Origin: an uncultured Bdellovibrionales bacterium
GTDB taxonomy: Bacteria > Patescibacteriota > Minisyncoccia > Moranbacterales > GWC2-37-73
DNA: 64,000 nucleotides
Assembly: GCA_964500125.1 (NCBI GenBank)
Contig: CAZCMV010000001.1
Location: 54,119-118,118, forward strand
Direction of reading: 5' to 3'
Under the pieces are notes generated by a model. The model did no database searches. It had not been told where the DNA came from and was given only the letters and a program-made list of their open reading frames with translations. A program made the translations under genes and the position numbers. Below, one piece after another: positions 1 through 6,995 of this stretch. The stretch's first letter is position 1; each line of letters starts with the position of its first letter.

Positions 1-43
1 GCACATATTTCGCTGTTATATCAATTATTTCTTGTTTATTCAT
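1..43 (-). CDS. 5' end of a gene running off the left edge (MNKQEIIDITAKYV...), possibly an HD-domain hydrolase
   Basis: ATG at 43, open to position 1; extended -10-like TGATAGAAT on the minus strand at 75-83; product is a guess from N-terminal resemblance only. Confidence 0.45.
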   Translation of the reverse strand, partial: MNKQEIIDITAKYV

Positions 44-108
44 ATTATTTTGTTCAATTAAAATCGTTATTTTTATTCTATCACAGTTCTAACTTTCCAT
101 TCTCCCTA

Positions 109-172
109 CAAAAAACAAGGTTTGTAAAAGCCTTATTTTGTCGAGCACGCCATCGTAAAGGACGTTAGAACC
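109..172. other. att-like junction 1 (hairpin 109-140, core GCACG 145-149, GTTAGAACC 164-172)
   Basis: Same layout as the junctions at 554, 1254, 8561 and the tRNA-Trp end at 21929. Confidence 0.7.
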
Positions 173-273
173 TGTTTTAGTTAATTATTTTCTTTAGATT
201 GATATAGTGTTATAGCTTTTTTGATATACAATCGGTCTTTTTCATTTTTCTCTTCAACTAGATCAGTTAACTA

Positions 274-474
274 TTATTTACTAAAAAACTTAAGGACTGG
301 CTTTATTGCTAAAATAAGCCATACTGCAATAATCCACCAAATACTGATTTCTAATAGTCCGGGGATTAGTCTAGCGAGTATTATTCCAAAAGCGAAACAG
401 GCCATCTTTGTCAAACCCATATCTATCCAACTTAATTTTTTTAACTTTTCGTCTGTATAAGATGCAAGGCTCAT
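274..474 (-). CDS. Small two-TM membrane protein (66 aa); sole gene of mini-cassette 145-553
   Basis: ORF with two hydrophobic segments; TGTTATAAC extended -10-like motif at 516-524 (minus). Confidence 0.7.
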   Translation of the reverse strand: MSLASYTDEKLKKLSWIDMGLTKMACFAFGIILARLIPGLLEISIWWIIAVWLILAIKPVLKFFSK

Positions 475-523
475 ATTTTATCTATTTTAATATATTAATC
501 TGACCTTTATTTTATGTTATAAC

Positions 524-581
524 AAAAAACCGTCTATAAGGCAATTTTTCTTAGCTCGGCGGGATAGACACCATTAGAACC
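524..581. other. att-like junction 2 (weak hairpin, core GCTCG 554-558, ATTAGAACC 573-581)
   Basis: TTAGAACCTG shared with junction 1 at the same offset from the core. Confidence 0.6.
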
Positions 582-594
582 TGCTTTATTAAGT

Positions 595-1173
595 CTAGAA
601 CGATTTAGCTAAGCTTACAATAATAAAAATACCTATTGAATTTAGCAAAAATGTTATTAAAATAAACTGCCATTTTTTTATTTTAGACAATCCCATTAAA
701 CTGACTCCGATTTCATCCGGTAATGGTGAAGCGATTATGACTGCGCCTAAAATGGGAATGATCCAGGCAAAAAATGGACTTTGAAAAATAACTCTTAAAA
801 AAGAAAATCTAGCTTTTTTTAATATTGGGTATAACTCCTCAAAAACCTGGTCTTTAAGGATTTTAAGTATAAGATAATCTCCAACAACAGCTCCAATTCC
901 GGCAGTAGCGGCTACTAGGTATGGGTTTAACACCTTAGCAATATCAAAAAGTATTGCCGAGGCTGGAACAACTGTGAAAGTTGAAACAAACATTACACCG
1001 CTAAGGAAGCTTCCAATATAACCTAGCGAGCCGAGTATCTTGATGAAATTCTGGATAATTGGCTCATTGATGAGATAGAAAAATAAGACTAAGCTTAAAA
1101 ATAAGAGTGTTGTATTCTTGTATTGCCAACTTTTCCACTTTCCGATTGCATTACTAATGTTTTTGTAAACCAT
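595..1173 (-). CDS. Multi-pass membrane protein (VTT/SNARE-associated-like); sole gene of mini-cassette 554-1253
   Basis: 192 aa, about 5 TM segments, PLPDEIG motif; TGATATAAT at 1180-1188, 6 nt upstream of the ATG (leaderless-type promoter). Confidence 0.75.
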   Translation of the reverse strand: MVYKNISNAIGKWKSWQYKNTTLLFLSLVLFFYLINEPIIQNFIKILGSLGYIGSFLSGVMFVSTFTVVPASAILFDIAKVLNPYLVAATAGIGAVVGDYLILKILKDQVFEELYPILKKARFSFLRVIFQSPFFAWIIPILGAVIIASPLPDEIGVSLMGLSKIKKWQFILITFLLNSIGIFIIVSLAKSF

Positions 1174-1223
1174 TTTTAAATTATATCACAAAAAGTTCTA
1201 TCGTCCTATCCGGGTATAAAAAA

Positions 1224-1282
1224 TAGGGCTTTAAATAAGCCCTAAAAAAGTTTGCACGCTGTGGTGGAGGAGGTCATAACAA
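1224..1282. other. att-like junction 3, left end of element A (perfect hairpin TAGGGCTT/AAGCCCTA 1224-1244, core GCACG 1254-1258)
   Basis: Followed by an orphan in-frame tail HAVVEEVITIFENKNEYIYIPDLRKNHF* that fits LSR-A. Confidence 0.75.
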
Positions 1283-1337
1283 TCTTTGAAAACAAAAACG
1301 AGTATATTTACATACCCGATTTAAGGAAAAACCATTT

Positions 1338-1985
1338 TTAATTTTCTTCTTCTGGCAGAAAAGGCACATATTTCATATCACCCTCACTTCTCAATTTGTC
1401 ATAATGTCTCTTTTCTTGCCTTAAAAAATAATCAATTCTTTCCATAACTCTTTTTGAATCTTTTTCAGATTCTTCATTAAAACCATCAAGGGAATAACTA
1501 TGTGTATTTTCAGGATGAAGACAATGCAATAGTTCTTCTGTTATCCCAAGGATTTTTTCAACAGCTCCATATTTTATGGGGAATTTTTTTAATATATCGC
1601 CAGGATTCAACAAATGTTGTGCATTATAGTGTGAAAGTTGATGATGCCTTAAAACTGCAAGATTTTTCAATGTATCACCATTTTCAGCAATAATCTCTTC
1701 CGCTCTCGCCTTTCTTTTAATGTCTTTCTGATTAGCAATAAGAGAATAAACAGAAATAATTTTATCTTGCTCGCTATATTTTGAATTTTCAAAAATGTTT
1801 GCCAAAGCCTGAAGCCAAGTCTCTTCCAAGGAAAACATTGTGGCACCCCAAAAATTCTTATCCCTATCGAATTGCGGTTGATATGCTTTGTCTTGCAGAC
1901 CTTTCCAAACATAAAAGCAAAGGTGTGCCCTAGTTAAAAATTGGTATAATTTTTCGAATCTATTTTTATATTCTTTATTATCCAT
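1338..1985 (-). CDS. HEPN-domain protein, AbiU2-like (putative defence RNase)
   Basis: All-helical 215 aa with LRHHQLSH (R-x5-H) motif. Confidence 0.6.
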   Translation of the reverse strand: MDNKEYKNRFEKLYQFLTRAHLCFYVWKGLQDKAYQPQFDRDKNFWGATMFSLEETWLQALANIFENSKYSEQDKIISVYSLIANQKDIKRKARAEEIIAENGDTLKNLAVLRHHQLSHYNAQHLLNPGDILKKFPIKYGAVEKILGITEELLHCLHPENTHSYSLDGFNEESEKDSKRVMERIDYFLRQEKRHYDKLRSEGDMKYVPFLPEEEN

Positions 1986-2058
1986 AATTTTACAAAACCC
2001 CCGAATGGGGGGAGGGGGTGTTTTATATGAGCTATAGCCAGAAATTCTTCTGAAAATC

Positions 2059-3327
2059 TCAATTCAAACTCTTTATCCAGGAAACAACTTCCCTATTCTT
2101 TTCAATCGCATCTTCCGCCTCTTTCTCATTTATTTCTTTTCCTTTATGAATTACTTCGTTTCTAGTTTCATTGTAAATTAAACGCCATACATTCCAAAGC
2201 GTTTGATTATTAACAGAAAGAGACTTCCCAGTTGCTTCCTTGAGTAAATCCTTCAACCTTTCCTTAGTTCGCCATTTTTGTTCGAGTTTATCTTTTATTT
2301 CTGCCTCTAATAATCCTTTACTAGTAAATTTATTTATTAAATAATTTTCCAAAAAAATTTCCAATGCCTGAAATGATTCAACGACAGCTAAGGTAAACAT
2401 CTTCTTTTTGAGAGAATTGGAAGCATTCAAAAATAAAAGTTCATAAAGTTCTGGGCGAATGTTTTCTTTTAGCATTTTCTCAATTTCTTCAAGTTCATCT
2501 CTGGAACGATTCATAACCGCACTTTGAATATGTCCGTAATTAGAAGAAGTTAACAAAAATCCAGAATTATGTTCAAAAAATAATATGTGAGTTGTATTCA
2601 AAAAACCTACTCTATCAACAAAATCCTCTTCCGTTACAACTTTATAAATATCCAGAAATTTATTAACAATCAACTGGGCTTTTTCATCCAAAACCTTAAA
2701 GATTCCTTTATTAGAATGATCTGCATTATCGATTTCTTCTTTTTTGAAGTTAGTATCAAAAAATATGTTTAACCTAGAATAACGGAAATATCCGTTTGTA
2801 TCTCTAACCTTTTCAATATTTTTTCCTGTAAATCTCAACTCCCATCCAACATTTTCTTCTTGAGGAAATCTGGGAGTAATAATGTCTGGCTTATTAAAAT
2901 AACATATTTTATCTTTTGCCAAAAAATCAGACTCATCGGAGCCAGTCGCTTTGTCAGTCCATATTTTTTTCGACTCAATACAAGCTTTTTCACCATCACC
3001 CAAATCCACTCCAAGTGGGTAATAATTTGGTAAATGTAAACAATATGGAAGATTAACTTGAACTAATGTATTAAATCCATAGTTTTCTATTTTTAATTTA
3101 TCCGAAGGTTCATAAGGAACTGTAATTCCAGTAATAATTAAGGGTTTATCAGCATTAACATTTTTAATTTGTTCTTTTATATCATTCTCAAGTTTTTCTT
3201 TTTCATTTCCTTCTAATATTTCCCTGGGACCAAAAATAAAAAAATCTATTTTTTCTCCCGTATTAGGCATTTTTGCATTTATTATTATTTCTGCTATTTT
3301 TTTATTTCTCTTTTTTGTTTCAGTCAT
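2059..3327 (-). CDS. Protein with C-terminal HEPN (ApeA/MAE_28990-like) domain
   Basis: C-terminal AVVESFQALEIFLE helix and RNEVIH (R-x4-H) motif. Confidence 0.65.
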   Translation of the reverse strand: MTETKKRNKKIAEIIINAKMPNTGEKIDFFIFGPREILEGNEKEKLENDIKEQIKNVNADKPLIITGITVPYEPSDKLKIENYGFNTLVQVNLPYCLHLPNYYPLGVDLGDGEKACIESKKIWTDKATGSDESDFLAKDKICYFNKPDIITPRFPQEENVGWELRFTGKNIEKVRDTNGYFRYSRLNIFFDTNFKKEEIDNADHSNKGIFKVLDEKAQLIVNKFLDIYKVVTEEDFVDRVGFLNTTHILFFEHNSGFLLTSSNYGHIQSAVMNRSRDELEEIEKMLKENIRPELYELLFLNASNSLKKKMFTLAVVESFQALEIFLENYLINKFTSKGLLEAEIKDKLEQKWRTKERLKDLLKEATGKSLSVNNQTLWNVWRLIYNETRNEVIHKGKEINEKEAEDAIEKNREVVSWIKSLN

Positions 3328-3394
3328 ACTTTTTTGGATTTAATTTAAGCTAAGCCTATCTATCGAAAAAGCTTTTTTAAGCAAAGCAATCTTA

Positions 3395-3640
3395 ACCCTC
3401 CTATGCAGGAAGAAACAGATTTATTCTGCAAAACAAGATAGCCTTTAGCTTGGGCATTGGAACAGTGGCACCGTTCAATCTGCTCCGAGGCTGAGTTTTC
3501 TTCCTCCTACGGCGGAATTATACTTTACAGCTTCTTTTTATGCGGTGCGGTGAGAATTTACCCCTCGTGTCTCATTGATGGCTTCTGAGGTCAGTTTCTG
3601 CCTCGCCTCCCTTTCGGGATACTTGTCAAACTTTCTTTGT
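3395..3640 (-). ncRNA. Putative structured RNA or long leader upstream of the HEPN gene
   Basis: GC-richer than the flanks, no ORF of 60 aa or more, hairpins TCCC-GAAA-GGGA and GAGGCAG-AAA-CTGACCTC, TGTATAAT promoter-like motif at about 3654-3661. Confidence 0.4.
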
Positions 3641-3681
3641 TGAAGTTAATTTTATTATACAATACTCAGTCAAAAACACTA

Positions 3682-4080
3682 CTATCCAAGCTTGAAACTC
3701 TTTGCTTTCTTTCTTATCCCCAATTTCTCATCTTTTAATCTTTTTATAGCAAAATATCCCAAAAAAATTCCTATTACAGCAAACCAAAAAAGTCCAAATA
3801 TTCCATAAAACCAACCTACTTTTTTATCAGTAAATTTATAGCCAAAATATCCCATCAACAAAATCATTGCCGATATGGCTACAAACTGAAAGATAATAAC
3901 CATCAATGCTTCCGTGCTACCAACGACTCCTATGCCAGACACTACGTCTTTTTCCATAGCTCTCGCAAATATTGTTGATGATACTTTTGTGAAAAAAATA
4001 ATCCAAAACCACCTATTAAACATTTTCCATAATTTAGAAATGTCGCTGTCCTGATTTAATCCGCAATTTTTACAAAACAT
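3682..4080 (-). CDS. Membrane protein with N-terminal CxxC (zinc-ribbon-like)
   Basis: MFCKNCG start, three TM segments. Confidence 0.65.
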   Translation of the reverse strand: MFCKNCGLNQDSDISKLWKMFNRWFWIIFFTKVSSTIFARAMEKDVVSGIGVVGSTEALMVIIFQFVAISAMILLMGYFGYKFTDKKVGWFYGIFGLFWFAVIGIFLGYFAIKRLKDEKLGIRKKAKSFKLG

Positions 4081-4101
4081 ATTTTTAATTATTTTGAAAG
4101 C

Positions 4102-4548
4102 TTATTTTTCCAAACCTTTTTCCCGAAGGCATTTTTTGTACAGAGTATCGCTATACGATTTCGATGAGCAATCTTTCCTTGCTTGGCTTGGTCTAATTTC
4201 AAACCAATAAAAAATGATTCCTAAAATAATCAAAATAATCAAAATTATTTTATAATTTTTTATATTTTGCATATTTTTATTTATAAATTTATTATTCACA
4301 ATGTTTACAAACCATATCAATATTTTTAATAATAAAAAGATTAGAAAACAAAATAAAAAAACAGTTCCTATTACAAAAAATACGCTAAAATTTATCTTAT
4401 AATCACTAACAAAAATTTTTCCGAAAATATTAAACAGTATTGTTGATATAATTGTTGTAATTAAAAAAGACAAAAAAATTTCTATTATGCTAGCCTCATA
4501 TATATTCAACGAATATTCTTTTATTTTATAAATAATTGATTTAAACAT
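4102..4548 (-). CDS. Hypothetical membrane protein
   Basis: ORF 4102-4599; ATG at 4548 avoids overlap with the upstream gene; three TM segments, C-terminal C..C motif. Confidence 0.6.
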   Translation of the reverse strand: MFKSIIYKIKEYSLNIYEASIIEIFLSFLITTIISTILFNIFGKIFVSDYKINFSVFFVIGTVFLFCFLIFLLLKILIWFVNIVNNKFINKNMQNIKNYKIILIILIILGIIFYWFEIRPSQARKDCSSKSYSDTLYKKCLREKGLEK

Positions 4549-4555
4549 ATATTTT

Positions 4556-4786
4556 TCAATATCTTCTTGGAGCAACAAATGAAGAAATGGAGATTCCAAT
4601 TATTAGATAAATAACCCCGAACTTTATTCCGTGATTGTAAAAAACACTTATTACGAAACAAAAGAACACAAAAGGACTCAGTAATCCCCCCATCTTTGAC
4701 ATTGTACTACTATATCCATTGGCAAACACACTTCTTCCCATAATAATTACAACTATTGCAGAAATAATAATAAATGTTGTGCTCAT
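4556..4786 (-). CDS. Small membrane protein (76 aa)
   Basis: Hydrophobic ORF, first gene of the minus-strand cargo run. Confidence 0.6.
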   Translation of the reverse strand: MSTTFIIISAIVVIIMGRSVFANGYSSTMSKMGGLLSPFVFFCFVISVFYNHGIKFGVIYLIIGISISSFVAPRRY

Positions 4787-4819
4787 ATTATTTATAGTAT
4801 GTTAATATATTTTGAAAAC

Positions 4820-4955
4820 AAAAAAGGACAACCCTACTAGTTGTCGCACCCAAATAGACAGGTTATGCCTAATTGTTTTAAGTAAGGTTGCCCTATTCTG
4901 GGCACAACCTTACATTTTGCCTATCTGGCAAAATCCTATTTATTTGAATGCGACA
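4820..4955 (-). promoter_or_regulatory. Structured leader / attenuator-like element
   Basis: Stem TGTCGCA 4842-4848 / TGCGACA 4949-4955 enclosing hairpins 4882-4913 and 4915-4933; U-tract at the 3' end on the minus strand. Confidence 0.5.
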
Positions 4956-5044
4956 CCTAAAGAATACTGCATCGGGAGGCAAAAAGCAAACCTCGCATAG
5001 TTTGATTTTGAGCTAAATTTGGAGTAAATTAAAAGTATACAAAT

Positions 5045-5782
5045 ATGAGCTTAGAATCACTAAAACAAAGAAAGTGGGTGCTTGAAAGGATTGTTAATAA
5101 TTTCGAGAATTATTCCGAAATTGGAGACAAGACCTGGTTTGGCGTTGACCACGAAATAAAATCTCCATCTGTTGATATGCAAAGAGAACTTATTAAAAAA
5201 GTTTTCAATGTTATGGAGGCGATAGAAATTTTAGATACAAGATTTTCTAAATACGAAAAAAACACAGATGAAAAACCAGATGAAAATTGGTTTGAAATAA
5301 AAATAAAAAGACCCGAGTTTACCAAGCTATGCGAAGAATACGGAATCGCATTTGGAGAAAAGCCAAATCCAGCTCAACTAAGAAACAACCCTGAAAATGA
5401 AAAGTTAGAATCATCGAACGAGGAAAATAATAATGGACATCAAGCCATAAGAAAGAAAAATGGAAACTTTTTCTGCGGAGAAGATACAATAAATTTTGGA
5501 GAAAACACACAATATAAGGATTTATTTGATATTATATACAGCAACTGTATCCAAAATAACTTCGTTTCTTACGAAAAAATAGACGAGGAACTCCAAAAAC
5601 TTGGGTGGAAATCATCTCCAAAAAAGAAAAGAAATAAAAGAATACAAAACGCAACAACCAATGGTATATTTAGATTTGCAAAAATTGGAAATAAAAAGTT
5701 CGAGAATTTAAATCCACTAAACGGAAAACCACTTATTGAGATGATACGAGGGAAAGGCGTAAGATTTAATAACTATCGCTAA
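5045..5782 (+). CDS. Putative DNA-binding regulator with C-terminal winged-helix-like region
   Basis: C-terminus FVSYEKIDEEL...IEMIRGKGVRFN resembles OmpR-type wHTH wings. Confidence 0.5.
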   Translation: MSLESLKQRKWVLERIVNNFENYSEIGDKTWFGVDHEIKSPSVDMQRELIKKVFNVMEAIEILDTRFSKYEKNTDEKPDENWFEIKIKRPEFTKLCEEYGIAFGEKPNPAQLRNNPENEKLESSNEENNNGHQAIRKKNGNFFCGEDTINFGENTQYKDLFDIIYSNCIQNNFVSYEKIDEELQKLGWKSSPKKKRNKRIQNATTNGIFRFAKIGNKKFENLNPLNGKPLIEMIRGKGVRFNNYR

Positions 5783-5785
5783 AAT

Positions 5786-5815
5786 CTTATAACGGCTTAC
5801 ATCGGCTTATAATGG
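5786..5815 (+). repeat. Three tandem 10-bp direct repeats CTTA(T/C)A(A/T)(C/T)GG
   Basis: CTTATAACGG CTTACATCGG CTTATAATGG. Confidence 0.7.
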
Positions 5816-5822
5816 ATTGTGG

Positions 5823-5848
5823 ACAACTCTTTCAAGGGTTGTTTTTTT
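5823..5848 (+). terminator. Rho-independent terminator
   Basis: ACAACTCT-TTCA-AGGGTTGT followed by a T run. Confidence 0.65.
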
Positions 5849-5956
5849 GTTTTTTCTAAGCATTTTTTATAAAATGATAATCCAAAAAAGTAATTAAAAG
5901 TAATTTGCTTTGGGCAAATAATGAAAACATAAGAAATTTAAGTTTAACTCAAGGTT

Positions 5957-6148
5957 ATGTTTTCTGATGCACAAATCAAAAAATTTCAGATTATATACAA
6001 AAACCTCTACGAGGTTGAACTTAATCTTTCGGAAGTATGCGAAAAATTGGAAAGCCTAGTAAGAGTGATTGAGCTTACCTACAAACCAATGACTGAGAAA
6101 GAAATGGAACTGGTAAAAAAAAGACGTAAAGAAATGAAAATAATATGA
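5957..6148 (+). CDS. Small helical protein upstream of rep/LSR (candidate accessory factor)
   Basis: 63 aa, ATGA overlap with the next gene; similar pattern to 8657-8809 and 18056-18232. Confidence 0.7.
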   Translation: MFSDAQIKKFQIIYKNLYEVELNLSEVCEKLESLVRVIELTYKPMTEKEMELVKKRRKEMKII

Positions 6149-6876
6149 GAGAGCCAAAGCACATTAGAAAGATAATACAAAAATCAGCATATGAAATGAC
6201 ACACGGAGGATTTGTTCCCAATTTACCAATAAGAAAAAAAGGCAAACAAAAAAGATTTTTTATTGACAATGAATACTATGAATGGGGCTATGCCAAGAAT
6301 CTTTCAAGGCAAGCCACGCTTGTTTATTTTTTATTGGCTAAATATGCAAATTCAAAAACTCAGGCGTGTTTTCCTGGAATGGATAGAATTGTTAAAGAAG
6401 GAGGAATTTCCAATAATCGGTATGTGTCCAGGGGATTGAAAGAACTTGAAAAATACAACCTGATTTTTGTAAACCGACCTGGAGCAGGAAAGGTAAATAA
6501 TTATTATCTACTGGACACTTCTGTTTGGAAAAAACTTCCTGGTTATGAAAAAGTTTCAATTTCCACAAAATCAAGTGTCAAAATGAACAACCCTGAGAGT
6601 CAAAAAGAACTACCAACCAAGGTCGAATTTGACCCACTAAATCATAGGAGTAATTCAACGGAAGAAATCATCACAAAAAAAGAAAAAACCATAGAAAAAC
6701 CAGAAGCTAAATTCATTTCTTTTTTTAATGCAAATTACAAAGAACAAGATATTTTATTGGCATTAACTGAAATTAACAAAGAAATCAAAGATATAGGATT
6801 TCAAGAAGTCCGATATAAACTCAAACAACTTACAGTGGAAGGAAAAATAAATCCTATAAGAGCACCATCCTGGTAA
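6145..6876 (+). CDS. HTH_36-type phage/plasmid replication initiator-like protein
   Basis: LVYFLLAKYAN...CFPGMDRI...VSRGLKELEKYNLI...NNYYL pattern; internal iteron-like repeats. Confidence 0.7.
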   Translation: MREPKHIRKIIQKSAYEMTHGGFVPNLPIRKKGKQKRFFIDNEYYEWGYAKNLSRQATLVYFLLAKYANSKTQACFPGMDRIVKEGGISNNRYVSRGLKELEKYNLIFVNRPGAGKVNNYYLLDTSVWKKLPGYEKVSISTKSSVKMNNPESQKELPTKVEFDPLNHRSNSTEEIITKKEKTIEKPEAKFISFFNANYKEQDILLALTEINKEIKDIGFQEVRYKLKQLTVEGKINPIRAPSW

Positions 6877-6995
6877 TTCGTTTTCAATGCGAAAAACAAT
6901 AAAAAAATTCCGTTGTAATTTTCACTTTTGCTGAAAATGTATTTAGAGTCTACCTTTTTAGTAAAATTAAATAAGTTAATAAATTATAAAAATAT

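Noticed and set aside
109-1282. Junctions as classical integron attC sites (GTTAGAA matches GTTRRRY loosely)
   Set aside because: No IntI tyrosine recombinase. An inverse GTTCTAAC (86-93) is intact only at junction 1. The cores match the tRNA-Trp end and the LSR att instead.
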